Shown here piece by piece: positions 30,478 through 40,885 of a DNA stretch of 64,000 bases. The position numbers and the translations under genes were made by a program. This stretch comes from an uncultured virus (IMG/VR IMGVR_UViG_3300031251_000012) (Duplodnaviria > Heunggongvirae > Uroviricota > Caudoviricetes). Below the pieces are notes generated by a model. The model was not told where the DNA came from. It worked only from the letters and a program-made list of their open reading frames with translations, and did not search any database. Each line of letters starts with the position of its first letter. Within the stretch, counting starts at the first letter, position 1. The stretch is from IMG/VR virus record IMGVR_UViG_3300031251_000012. One strand, 5' to 3'.

Positions 30478-31227
30478 TTATACCAAGTGAGAAAAGACCG
30501 GCGAACTCCAAACTAACTTTTCCATTGCAGCTTTATCGAGATATCGTGTTTTAATTGGATCTTGAATGAAGCTTAGAATATCGCCACCAGCATAACAATG
30601 ATATGATTTAGACTGATTACTAATTGAAACACTACGAACCGGATTTCCATCAACGAAGTGAAGCGCCGCGTGATCATCAATAGCGTATCCACTTTTGATA
30701 TTGTTATCAAGCATTTCTTTTTCGTATGCTTCTCTTCGCATTTTTGAACTATAATGCGGGCAATTGCTATATGGCAAAATACCAAGACAAGGCATTACGC
30801 TGAGTTTTCCGGGCACGCTATCAGTAATGCATTCATCGAACCATACGACGCTACCAGCGCTTCCACCAGATAGGATGATACCAGCATCGTAAGCATCGCG
30901 CAAGGCGCTGTCAACTTTCCATTCATTCCATAGAATGATCATATTTCTGCTATGACCGCCACCAACAAAAACAATATCATTACTCATAATGATATCTTTT
31001 ATATCTTTAGTGGGTGGATTAAATAATGAAAGGTATGATGGGATACAAGGGAACCTTTCAAAATATTTTTTAAAATAATTTATGTAGTCAGGATTATCTC
31101 CCGATGCTGTTCCTAAAAATAAAATACGAGGATTAATTTTTTGGGATTGAGACAAAATATACAATTCAATAGACGGATTTTTATCGTCTAATCCACCAGA
31201 ACCGATTGCAATTATTTGCTTGGGCAT
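30478..31227 (-). CDS. Peptidase E (S51 family)
   Basis: IIAIGSGG, TASGD, VGGG, GGSAGS nucleophile, CPHY, IDD. Confidence 0.9.
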   Translation of the reverse strand: MPKQIIAIGSGGLDDKNPSIELYILSQSQKINPRILFLGTASGDNPDYINYFKKYFERFPCIPSYLSLFNPPTKDIKDIIMSNDIVFVGGGHSRNMIILWNEWKVDSALRDAYDAGIILSGGSAGSVVWFDECITDSVPGKLSVMPCLGILPYSNCPHYSSKMRREAYEKEMLDNNIKSGYAIDDHAALHFVDGNPVRSVSISNQSKSYHCYAGGDILSFIQDPIKTRYLDKAAMEKLVWSSPVFSHLV

Positions 31228-31301
31228 TTTACTTTTTCTTTCATAAATCTACGCATTTTTTAGCATTATTTATGTAAATAATTTACATTTGGAAGACATA
31301 A

Positions 31302-32117
31302 ATGCATTACATATACTGTATCACGAACAAAAATAACAATAAATCCTATGTCGGTCAAACTGAAAATTTAAAAGGACGCTGGTATAATCATAGGTATGAT
31401 GGCAAAAAATTACGTAAAGGTCGTTCACATGCGTTTCAAAATGCTTTACATAAATATGGTAATGATGGCTTTACTTGGCAGGTTATAGAGACACACGACA
31501 ATCTTGACGACACTAACGAAGCTGAAGAGTTTTTTATTGATTATTTAGATACGCTTGTTCCCAATGGATATAATATAAAAAGAGGGGGAAACAACCATAA
31601 ACCTTCCGAAGAAACTAAAAAGAAAATTAGTGCAACACATAAGTCCCGTGGTACAAAACCACCATCACAATTAGGTGTCGCTCAAAGCGAAAAGAACAAA
31701 AAACATTTAAGTGAATTATTTTCTGGTGATGGCGCTGCTATGAAAAAAATAAATTCACAAACCGCAAAAATTATTTATTTAGAGTATTATAATAATATAG
31801 AAAATATAACAATGGAATATTTAACTAATAAATACAACCTTGCTATTAGAACAATAGCAGACATACTTCATAAAATTACTTGGAAGGATGCCACGAAAGA
31901 TTTGCCAGATATTAATTTTGATGACCCAAAATACAAAATGAAAAATATTAAAAATCCTTTTTCTGATGATGAAGTTAGAACAATTAGAAAAGATTTTGCT
32001 ACCACCTCATTAAAACAAGGTGCGTTTATAAGAATAACCGCACAAAAATATGACGCAAAAAGAAGCGGAATATACAATATAGTTAAAAATATTTCATATA
32101 AAAATGTGGTCTTATAA
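31302..32117 (+). CDS. GIY-YIG homing endonuclease with NUMOD3-like segment
   Basis: YIYCIT...YVGQT, RW..H, E, PNGYN, SEETKKKIS. Confidence 0.88.
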   Translation: MHYIYCITNKNNNKSYVGQTENLKGRWYNHRYDGKKLRKGRSHAFQNALHKYGNDGFTWQVIETHDNLDDTNEAEEFFIDYLDTLVPNGYNIKRGGNNHKPSEETKKKISATHKSRGTKPPSQLGVAQSEKNKKHLSELFSGDGAAMKKINSQTAKIIYLEYYNNIENITMEYLTNKYNLAIRTIADILHKITWKDATKDLPDINFDDPKYKMKNIKNPFSDDEVRTIRKDFATTSLKQGAFIRITAQKYDAKRSGIYNIVKNISYKNVVL

Positions 32118-32417
32118 TCATAGTAATACTAAGTTTTTTACAACCTTATCCAAGTATTCACGCAAGTCATCTGGCGCGAATGCATTAATTAATTCTTGCT
32201 CATCACACATATCATTGATCCATTTGATGGTTCCAGCAATAGGATCGTAATATGGTGCCAGCGCATAACATCTTGGATCGCCAGAACCGTCATCAACACA
32301 TTCAATTGGATCGCCAACAACAATTTCAAGCCAAAATCTATTATCTTCCATCCAAGGATACCTCTTATTGAAGTCTGCTTCGTATGTGCGACCATTGGAA
32401 GATTTAAAATAAATCAT
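32118..32417 (-). CDS. Hypothetical protein with KNLVLL tail
   Basis: Open frame. Confidence 0.6.
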   Translation of the reverse strand: MIYFKSSNGRTYEADFNKRYPWMEDNRFWLEIVVGDPIECVDDGSGDPRCYALAPYYDPIAGTIKWINDMCDEQELINAFAPDDLREYLDKVVKNLVLL

Positions 32418-32533
32418 TTTAGAACGGTTTCCTTTTCAAGAGATACTTCCTAACAAGATTACTCGTTCTAATAAAATAGACAGCGGAATATTTCATTAGG
32501 TATTTACGAGCCAATAGCACAAAATAAGCGCTG

Positions 32534-32827
32534 CTATACTTTGGCGGATTCGGTAGCAATGGTTGACCTTGCTTCTGCAGATTTGGTAATTCTTGCATCG
32601 TGCTCATCTTTGATCCTTTGTAAATCTACAATAATTACATCAATTGATTTAGACGCATTGATGAATGTTGTTCCCCACGAATGGGCGACTTTGTCTTGAT
32701 TGGTGAAGGCATACGCTTGCCATTCATCGCCAAGGGTTTTCAATACACTTGAAACGGTATCAAAAAATCCCACAAAACTGTTATGAAAACGAACCATGTA
32801 AGAACGCATAATTAGGTGATCAATCAT
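32534..32827 (-). CDS. Hypothetical protein (probably leaderless)
   Basis: ATG 7 nt after the -10 box. Confidence 0.55.
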   Translation of the reverse strand: MIDHLIMRSYMVRFHNSFVGFFDTVSSVLKTLGDEWQAYAFTNQDKVAHSWGTTFINASKSIDVIIVDLQRIKDEHDARITKSAEARSTIATESAKV

Positions 32828-32833
32828 CGTCAT

Positions 32834-32862
32834 AATATAATGACGGAATCTGCCCGTGTCAA
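32834..32862 (-). promoter_or_regulatory. sigma70-type promoter
   Basis: TTGACA-17 bp-TATATT. Confidence 0.78.
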
Positions 32863-32897
32863 GGTGCGTGCTGGTAATACAACGGCATACATATGCG

Positions 32898-33116
32898 ATG
32901 GATGATCTTCTAAAACTTGCCGATCTATTCAATAAGGAAGTATCTAAGGATATGTTCGGAACCGTTTCATATGCCGATGAGGCGAAACAATTATCGTTAT
33001 TGGCAGGGAAACTTCATTATCGTTCGGCTGAACAAGCAGATCCTGAAAAGAAAAAACAACTTAGTAATGTTGCGAAAATGATATTGCAAGCAAGTGATAT
33101 GTTGAAACGAGTGTAG
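32898..33116 (+). CDS. Small helical hypothetical protein
   Basis: Fills the gap between minus-strand genes; preceded by TAATACAACGGCATA. Confidence 0.6.
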   Translation: MDDLLKLADLFNKEVSKDMFGTVSYADEAKQLSLLAGKLHYRSAEQADPEKKKQLSNVAKMILQASDMLKRV

Positions 33117-33118
33117 AA

Positions 33119-34546
33119 TTATTTATTAACGAAGTAAATAGTGTCTTTGGAGCGGGTTAAGCAAACATAACGGATATTGCGTTCTTCTTGTTCTTCGGAA
33201 GGTCTAAATGATGCCTCCAATACGAACACATTATTACGCTCCTTGCCTTTAAAACTATGTATAGTCGCGAAGACAACTTTACTATTATCATCGTCATCTC
33301 GAAACAATTCTTTGATATTGTTCTGAACATCTTCGATTGTTTTAGCATCTTCGCATAAATTTAACATACATTCATATTTGTCATATATCGTAGCAGGATT
33401 CCTTTTCTTTTCCAGCAACCGATTTACTTCCGAGTTCTTCCAAGTAGTTAGCCAATTGACAAACTCTTTTAAGTCTTTTTTGCCTGATTTCTTTATTAGG
33501 AATAATAATCCTTTGTCAATATCTTTGCCTTGTATTTCGCTCGGTATCTTGTGTCGTAAGAATGACATACAATGTTTTACTAATGGCGCGTTGGTTCTTG
33601 ACAAAATACAATCACCACCTTTTGCATATTCCATTAATCTATCTTCTTTAATATAGATTATATTACCGTCTTTTGCATTTGGTGCGTGTTCAATATCAGG
33701 AACATATTTTTGTGCTAATTTGATTACTTTTTTTGGACAACGATATGATATTGGAAGTGGCAATACTTTTGCTTTTAGTCGATCTCTTACATTGAAAACG
33801 CCATTAATATCTACGCCGGCAAAATTAAAAATTGCTTGCCTGTCATCGCCCCAAGCGAATATTCGTCCAGTTTTTTTGCAAGCAGACAATGCCAATTCAA
33901 TTTGTGATTTTGTTAAATCTTGTAATTCATCAATTAACACATAATCATATTGTGATGACGGTAATCGGTTTATAACGCAGAACCAGATCATATCATTAAA
34001 ATCAACAATTTCTCTTTGATCTTTACATATACTTAATATTTTAACTACTGTTTTAGTAAAAACATCTCTTTCTAATTCAAGTGGAATAACATCAAAATTA
34101 TCCATCAATTCATCAATTTTTGATGGCGCGTCTGTTAGTGATGCTTTACATAACCCAACTGTTTTTTCCAAAAGAAACGCATCTCCCGCCGACAACCCAC
34201 TGGGGAATAATTGGTATATGATATGTTTGACTTTATCTGGAACGATCTGAACTTTACCATAGCACGATCGTATAATTTTTAAACCTAACGAATGTAATGT
34301 AGAAACATCTACATATGATTTGTTTATTCTTTCTTCTAACTCAACCGCTATCGACTTAGAAAAAGCAACGGCTAAAACCTTGGAACGTTTATTCGGGATA
34401 CGTTTTATTACTTCAATTAAAACTGACGTTTTTCCGGCGCCCGCCCTGGCAATTATTATGGTATGTTGCCCATTTTTACCATTTGCTATTTCCTCAAAAA
34501 TCGCGTTTTGATATTGACTATATACTATTGGTGATGGTTTAGCCAC
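33119..34546 (-). CDS. UvrD/REP-like superfamily I helicase
   Basis: ARAGAGKT, TLHSLG, IDELQD, GDDRQAI, SYRCP, TIHSFKGKE, YVCLTRSK. Confidence 0.92.
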   Translation of the reverse strand: MAKPSPIVYSQYQNAIFEEIANGKNGQHTIIIARAGAGKTSVLIEVIKRIPNKRSKVLAVAFSKSIAVELEERINKSYVDVSTLHSLGLKIIRSCYGKVQIVPDKVKHIIYQLFPSGLSAGDAFLLEKTVGLCKASLTDAPSKIDELMDNFDVIPLELERDVFTKTVVKILSICKDQREIVDFNDMIWFCVINRLPSSQYDYVLIDELQDLTKSQIELALSACKKTGRIFAWGDDRQAIFNFAGVDINGVFNVRDRLKAKVLPLPISYRCPKKVIKLAQKYVPDIEHAPNAKDGNIIYIKEDRLMEYAKGGDCILSRTNAPLVKHCMSFLRHKIPSEIQGKDIDKGLLFLIKKSGKKDLKEFVNWLTTWKNSEVNRLLEKKRNPATIYDKYECMLNLCEDAKTIEDVQNNIKELFRDDDDNSKVVFATIHSFKGKERNNVFVLEASFRPSEEQEERNIRYVCLTRSKDTIYFVNK

Positions 34547-34552
34547 AATTAC

Positions 34553-35458
34553 CTATATGTTTGTTCTGTATTTTAGCATTTGCTCAATCCAAGTCATAAA
34601 CTCTTCATATGGCATATCAGATTTTGCTCTATTACATATGCGACAACAACTAATACAATTATCCAATGTATAACCAAACTCATTATGAATTCGATCAATA
34701 CCGTTATATGCTATTTCTTTTGGCGGACTACCAGCACTACTATTTAAATATATTTTAACCATTGTTGGGCTGCTATCACAATAAAAACAGTTTTTATATA
34801 TTAAAAATATAAGTTGTTCTAATGATAAATCAAAAAATAACCGTCTTCTTTTAGCACTCGCAACATATGATCTAAATATATAATTAACCACTGCCATATT
34901 GTTAGGCAGTGTATTGCCAGCAGATATTAGTTCCCCTGTTTTACATCCACAACTTTTAGTTCCATTACGACGTAAATGAGTATGTGGGATATATATCTCT
35001 TTACCGCAATCACAAACACATAACCATTTTTTTATATTTCTTCTATATTCCTTTACTAAAATATAACCAATTTTTCGATTTGTAAAATCCTCTTTGTTTC
35101 TAACTTTACATCCTGTATTACCGCAACTTTTTGTTTTTCCCTTTCGCAAACTTTTTCCATCAACAAAAGATATTTCACCACATTCACATAAGCACTTCCA
35201 TTTTCCTTGTTCAAAAGATTTTACAATTAATTTACCGAATACCTGACTTGTTAGATCGATTCGGGGCTGTGATATTCTACAATTACCACAAGTGGTGGTA
35301 GCGCCCTTTAATAATGAATATTTACTAATATCTTTTTCATTTCCGCAATCGCAAACACAATGCCATATCGGATAATTCTCATTTGACAATCTATATTGTG
35401 CTGTTAATTTTCCAAACTTTCTACCAATAAGATCATCCGTTAATTTTATTTTCGACAT
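34553..35458 (-). CDS. HNH-type homing endonuclease with three N-terminal Cys-rich repeats
   Basis: 3x G.L...W.C.C(D/E)CG...L..G....CG; CFYC, GIDRI...GY..DNC..CC..CN..K. Confidence 0.82.
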   Translation of the reverse strand: MSKIKLTDDLIGRKFGKLTAQYRLSNENYPIWHCVCDCGNEKDISKYSLLKGATTTCGNCRISQPRIDLTSQVFGKLIVKSFEQGKWKCLCECGEISFVDGKSLRKGKTKSCGNTGCKVRNKEDFTNRKIGYILVKEYRRNIKKWLCVCDCGKEIYIPHTHLRRNGTKSCGCKTGELISAGNTLPNNMAVVNYIFRSYVASAKRRRLFFDLSLEQLIFLIYKNCFYCDSSPTMVKIYLNSSAGSPPKEIAYNGIDRIHNEFGYTLDNCISCCRICNRAKSDMPYEEFMTWIEQMLKYRTNI

Positions 35459-35459
35459 A

Positions 35460-35503
35460 TTAAAACTCCTTAATTGTCTATATCAACAATCAAGCAGTTT
35501 TAA
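35460..35503 (-). promoter_or_regulatory. RBS-sequestering hairpin with TGATATAG loop
   Basis: TTAAAACTgCTTGATTGT-TGATATAG-ACAATTAAGgAGTTTTAA, 17 bp, covers AAGGAG. Confidence 0.7.
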
Positions 35504-35598
35504 CTAATTTTCCACTTCTTTTTTGATATAAAATTACCTATAATAATGCTGTTTTATTGACAAAATTATATTTAATTTTATTCTATAAAAATCTGGAA

Positions 35599-35892
35599 CT
35601 AAATTTTAAATTTATTTAATAACTGCTGTCGCGCTAATTGAGATTCTTTATGATCTTGCTCTGCTTTCTTTTGTTTTTCTTCAAGTTTATTTATATAATA
35701 ATCACATCCTTTTTTTACCGCTAACTCAAAAGATTGATCTGCAAACGTGGGCTCATCCTGAGCATATAAATCAAAAGAAACTTGAAAATTATTTTTTTCA
35801 TCAACGGAAATATGTAAAGATGCCTGTCTCGGGTAATAGTGATCTGATTTATGAAGTTCAAAAATACTTTTTAATAACTGATTGATATCCAT
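35599..35892 (-). CDS. Hypothetical protein
   Basis: AGGAG RBS; open frame. Confidence 0.6.
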   Translation of the reverse strand: MDINQLLKSIFELHKSDHYYPRQASLHISVDEKNNFQVSFDLYAQDEPTFADQSFELAVKKGCDYYINKLEEKQKKAEQDHKESQLARQQLLNKFKI

Positions 35893-35926
35893 TAATTATC
35901 TCCTAAAATATATTGTTTTTAATGTT

Positions 35927-36307
35927 TTAAACATTTTCTAACTCCTCATACAAGAAACTCTCGCTCTCAACAAGATCTCTCATCACAAGTAATCCCTTAT
36001 CAAGCAATTCACCCTCGTTCTCAATAGGTATATTCCACAAGCCAGCGCTAATCGCCCTAACTAATTTAGGATTTCTTGCGTTCCTCAATTCAATTAAATA
36101 CTCGCCAAGCGTTATATCAAGTTTTGTTTTGTCAATCCAAAACTTACGGAATGTAGGAAGATATATATTTAGAATGTGAAAAATATCATTCCAATATGTA
36201 TCTATTACATTCCAATACTCGTTTTTTGTTGTGGGAGATCTATATGTCTTCTGGCTCGTCATCATATCGACCAGCATAATTCCTGTATGTGTTTTGTAAG
36301 TCTTCAA
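35927..36307 (-). CDS. Hypothetical protein
   Basis: Open frame; start uncertain. Confidence 0.55.
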   Translation of the reverse strand: MKTYKTHTGIMLVDMMTSQKTYRSPTTKNEYWNVIDTYWNDIFHILNIYLPTFRKFWIDKTKLDITLGEYLIELRNARNPKLVRAISAGLWNIPIENEGELLDKGLLVMRDLVESESFLYEELENV

Positions 36308-36775
36308 CTAATTTAGTTAGATATTCACCATTATTTTCGTTATTACGATCATCAATAATACATATTAGTTCGGTAAGCAATTTTTGCATACCGTATTGAT
36401 CGAGTAATTTTTCGAGTTCTTTTCTCATATACAATTTTCGCCAATTCCTGTTACTTCAAGCCATTCTTTTTGCGGACTATCTTCTGACCATTCTGGAAAA
36501 TGTCTTCCAACGCCTACTTTACAATTCACACACTCCCAACCAATTACCGTTGTTTTACCATTACTTTTATTTGTGTGTATCACTTGCTTCCAGACATGGG
36601 GTTTCATATATCGATCTTTTTCTTCTTACCAGCACTTTTTATCCTTACAATTTCTGCCATCAATGTATCTGTTATTGTATTGGCGAATTGTTCAATCCAC
36701 GCCCTATACATTTCAGGCGTGGTATCGATTTCTGGTTTAGATTTTTTAGATTTTGTTGTTTTCTTTTTCGGCATA

Positions 36776-37477
36776 TTACTTTTTATCTGGTGTTCCAACA
36801 ACTGGCGGAACAACTACTACTGGTGCTTGTGATGTTTTGTCGAGATTGAAAAATCCAGTTTCACCAACATCTGCTGCATTCAATGAAGAATCCATACGAT
36901 ATTGCGTCAAGTTTTTGCTAATTAAATTATAAGTTTGACCTACACCAGCAGCCGTGGCAGCGAACTTCCTTGAATTATTTGTATTCATTCCAAGTGATTG
37001 GGAACCTTTGAAGGCGTCGATCCCGGCTCCTGAAAATACGAATAACCATGAGTATTTGTTCGTCTGATGCTGAACCATTTCTTTGATTTTATCAATGGCG
37101 AACTCCGTACTTGCGTTCTCTTCGCCATCTGTCATAACAAGAACAATTATCTTACTTGGACGTTCATTTTCTGGCATTGCTGAAAGACGGGCACCTAATG
37201 AATTAACCGTTCTACCAACGCTATCTAATAGCGCAGTATATCCATTGCATACATATGTTGCTGGTGTTAAGTCCGCAACACTGTCTAATGGAACGAAGTC
37301 ATGCACTAATTTATAGTCGGAAGCGAATGTTGCGAGCGTCAATACCGCTTCTCCCTTAACTTTTCGTTGTTCAGCAACGAAGGAATTAAATCCTTCTATT
37401 GTCTCTTTGCTCAATTTACCCATTGAACCACTACGATCAAGTATAACTGCTATTGCTGTAAAATCTGGTTTTGTCAT
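36776..37477 (-). CDS. von Willebrand factor A domain protein
   Basis: ILDRSGSM, TALLDSVG, MTDGEENAS; AGGA RBS before ATG 37477 (frame stays open upstream to 37798). Confidence 0.85.
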   Translation of the reverse strand: MTKPDFTAIAVILDRSGSMGKLSKETIEGFNSFVAEQRKVKGEAVLTLATFASDYKLVHDFVPLDSVADLTPATYVCNGYTALLDSVGRTVNSLGARLSAMPENERPSKIIVLVMTDGEENASTEFAIDKIKEMVQHQTNKYSWLFVFSGAGIDAFKGSQSLGMNTNNSRKFAATAAGVGQTYNLISKNLTQYRMDSSLNAADVGETGFFNLDKTSQAPVVVVPPVVGTPDKK

Positions 37478-37794
37478 TGTATATCCTATTGTTTTATTGT
37501 ATATGCTTTTCTTATGAAAAGACTTGTAAAATCTATTTGTTCTGCTCTTGGACAATCTGCTAAGGCTTCTAATACTGGTTCCAATGCAATCTCTGCATTT
37601 GGCAACTAATATATCCATTATTCTATCTCTATGTGCTCGTGTAAAATTATTATTGAAACAAGCACCATATTTTGCTAATTGGTTAGCGCAACTTTGTAAA
37701 AACTCTTCTGTGTTATCATCCCAATAATAAAAATTACTCTCTAATGCATCAATTAGTTTTGTTGCTTCTTCTGGCGTTGTAGGGTTTTTCCATT

Positions 37795-38106
37795 TCATAA
37801 TTTATACATTATATGTCGAATGTTTTTTGCGATACCAAAAAATCTACTTGGCTCTCCTAATATATATCCTGCTTGATTTTTATCAACTGCAAAATAATCA
37901 CTTGAATTACCGACCGTGCATACTAAAAAATCAGAATAAAAACTATCCCATATAATTTTTGTAATTTGATCAACGGAAAGATCAATTGATAGTTTATCGA
38001 ATATCTTTTTGGCAGAACGATCGTATTGATTATGATCTGCTCCCATCTTTATATATCCAAGGACATCGGCGTCTTCAAGTAATTCTTCAATGATTTGTAA
38101 TGTCAT
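37795..38106 (-). CDS. Hypothetical protein (DUF1871-like)
   Basis: D..G.I..GA...YD....I pattern. Confidence 0.45.
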   Translation of the reverse strand: MTLQIIEELLEDADVLGYIKMGADHNQYDRSAKKIFDKLSIDLSVDQITKIIWDSFYSDFLVCTVGNSSDYFAVDKNQAGYILGEPSRFFGIAKNIRHIMYKL

Positions 38107-38117
38107 TTTTGTGTTTC

Positions 38118-39313
38118 CTAATATAGGATCATTAGATTATTAATTTTTTCAATTAGGTGAGGACGATTAACTCTTATCGCTTCGAGATACCAATACATAT
38201 CATCACATTGGCCCTTAGGGTCAAATACATTTCTCCAACTATTAGATTTAAAGGTCTCAAAAAAATATTTCACTATATCTTGATCGGATTGGTTAATAAT
38301 CCTTGGATCGGTGGAATACCCTTTTGACCAACAGTGTTCCTCGTGATCTCTACAACGAATACATAATTTTATATTTAGATCTTTGCAAGTAGTCATGCTA
38401 ATATCATTAATTGAAAGATTTTTGGATGATATGTTTCAAGTGTTTTGAGAAAATAAAAACTATAATTACGACCAGCAATTATAATGTCTGTCTGGTCTTC
38501 TTGGTATAATTTATTATATAATTCAATTATATCTTTTGTAGAAGAATGCAAGTAATGATCAGCAATATGCCTTTTATAATAACCGATATAACATCCGCCG
38601 CCCTTCCAAGAACACCATAAACATAATGGAATATCTAAATCCTTGCAGGTAATCATATCAATAGCATCAATTTATCAAAACGATTTATAAAAGTTTCTTT
38701 ATCAAAATTATTCAATGAATATATTGTATTCTGTTTTATTGTATGTAAAAAACGATTGTCTCTTATTGTTGCAAGAACCGTATTCCCCAACTCATAATTT
38801 ACATCTACTAAATATCCAATATCATTTTTTATATTATAGACCATTATTTCTTCTGAAAATAATGTTCCATCGTTATTTATGATGATAGAATAATTATGAT
38901 CCGCTGGAAGAATGAAGATGTCATTTCCGTAGCAAGACATTATATTTGTAGACAATAATAATAGTTCTTTATTACATACTTTACAAGTATATTTTTTACT
39001 CATATTAGCAATAGATATTTTTCCAATTGTTCTGTTGTGAATTGTGTGCCATATAAAAAATTATATGCGCGAACATAATATTTTGGTTTAAGATATAAAT
39101 CTTTTACCTTATTATAAGTTATGATGAACGATTTTAATTGATCGTCTTTTATCATATGAGTAGTAGATATTTTTCCAATTGTTCGACTGTGAAGTTTGTA
39201 TTACGAAAATTATTGAATATTCGAACATAGTTTTGTTTATTTACATAAAACTTTCCCGCCACTGTATAACCAGTAATAAATAATTTGAGTTCTTTATTTG
39301 GATTTGTGCTCAC
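38118..39313 (-). other. Five small coupled ORFs with the shared tail (38118-38396, 38393-38656, 38653-39003, 39000-39155, 39152-39313)
   Basis: First two share TCKDL.I.LC..C; last two (manually translated) share FTxEQLEKYLLLI. Confidence 0.7.
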
Positions 39314-39330
39314 TGTTTTATAGTATTTTT

Positions 39331-40284
39331 TTATGGGGCTCCATACAACTCGTACGATTTAATAATCTCTGAAACATACCGCATTGTATCTCGGGCTTCT
39401 GATATTTCAATATATTCATTGGGCGATGAAGAAACTGAATTATGATATCCGCAAGTCATATTAACCGCGTTTTTGCAAAAATCGCGTTTCTTGATTGCAA
39501 CAACATCCGTGCTCATTCCACTGACTGGATTTCGTGGTAAACCAATATCATATGCAATTTCCAACAATCTCACTGCTGTTTCGTAATTTGCCAATACGCA
39601 ACTTCCAATACGGATTACCAATTCATTTTGATGATTTCCGCGATCTATTTGAGCCAATAACTCGAATTCTTTTAATTGTTCAAACGCAACCACCGCACTG
39701 CTTTTTAGCCCAACTTCCTCATCCGTTGGAAACAAAATTCCCATATCATATCCAGTATTCAACGCAATCCAAGTTGCAATTGCAACACCGAGTCTATCAT
39801 CTCCGCCAACCTGCAATTTGCAATCCTTATCCTGGATCACTCTTCGCATTTTACCATCATGTTCAATTGTCTTGATGACCGGCTCAACCTTTTGACTTGA
39901 CAATTGGCTCTTTGTTCCAACATGCTCTTCTTCACGATCTGCCATCCAAGCATATTCACCCATGATGCTATATCTACTACTATCGTGATCACGACAAACA
40001 TCTGTATGTGCAACAAGGCAAACCTTTGGGTTCTCTCCTCGAATTGCAAGCATATTGTGAACTGTTGAATATCGCTTATCTTTCTTGATACGATCTGTCT
40101 GATATCCGTCTTCGTAGATAGTGAAGCCAGCGCGTCCGAGCACTTTACGGAGCCAAGCCCTCATCACCCATTCATCTGCCTTGCAGCATTGCATAATGTG
40201 ATATTCGAAGGCACTAACATCCTTTGACTTCATTTCTTCCTTAACAATCTGTTCCGCTTTTTCACTACCAGATGAATATGACAT
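39331..40284 (-). CDS. M20/M28 family zinc peptidase-like protein
   Basis: LVAHTD, GGDDRLG, DEEVG, IDR, STD, GYHN. Confidence 0.8.
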   Translation of the reverse strand: MSYSSGSEKAEQIVKEEMKSKDVSAFEYHIMQCCKADEWVMRAWLRKVLGRAGFTIYEDGYQTDRIKKDKRYSTVHNMLAIRGENPKVCLVAHTDVCRDHDSSRYSIMGEYAWMADREEEHVGTKSQLSSQKVEPVIKTIEHDGKMRRVIQDKDCKLQVGGDDRLGVAIATWIALNTGYDMGILFPTDEEVGLKSSAVVAFEQLKEFELLAQIDRGNHQNELVIRIGSCVLANYETAVRLLEIAYDIGLPRNPVSGMSTDVVAIKKRDFCKNAVNMTCGYHNSVSSSPNEYIEISEARDTMRYVSEIIKSYELYGAP

Positions 40285-40361
40285 TGTTTTCTTTTGCTTT
40301 CTCTTCCGCTTTGGAAGATAGTTTTACACATCGCCCAAAACACCTGCTTTGGGGCTCATCT

Positions 40362-40390
40362 AATCTAAGGCTCGCAACGCTCTGTGTCAA
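40362..40390 (-). promoter_or_regulatory. sigma70-type promoter
   Basis: TTGACA-17 bp-TAGATT. Confidence 0.72.
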
Positions 40391-40406
40391 GTCTGCACGC
40401 AAACGC

Positions 40407-40874
40407 TTACATCAGGCGATACAATACCACATCTACCCTATGTAATTCATTTACAATCTTCTCGAAGTTTTCAATCATCTTATAATAATGTTCCCAATTT
40501 CCGGCCGCTAAACCACAACCAATATTAAACGGGAATGCGATACTCTCTAACTTTTCAATTTTTGCAATCTCTCGAAGGCATTGCCAAAAATATCCTTCTC
40601 GAACAATAGAACTATCGATCAATGATTTTTCATCTGCTTTGCCGGGGTAATATTGACCACCGACTGAGATTATTTTACCACGAATAATTATGTGTCCGGG
40701 CAAGTCATCACCTTTTGCAACATACGGATATGGTCTATGCTGATAGATATTTGCTTCTGGAAAACGATCAAAAATAGATTTCGCCAATCCCGATGCTCCT
40801 CGTGAAACGCTGTTAGTCTGATGCACGATGAATTGTTCTTTCGCGTCCAGTATGTTGCCGTTGATTATTTTCAT
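40407..40874 (-). CDS. Macrodomain protein (ADP-ribose binding/hydrolase)
   Basis: GNILDA, IVHQTN, GLAKSI, IAFPFNIGCGLAAGNW. Confidence 0.87.
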   Translation of the reverse strand: MKIINGNILDAKEQFIVHQTNSVSRGASGLAKSIFDRFPEANIYQHRPYPYVAKGDDLPGHIIIRGKIISVGGQYYPGKADEKSLIDSSIVREGYFWQCLREIAKIEKLESIAFPFNIGCGLAAGNWEHYYKMIENFEKIVNELHRVDVVLYRLM

Positions 40875-40885
40875 AATTAATCTCC

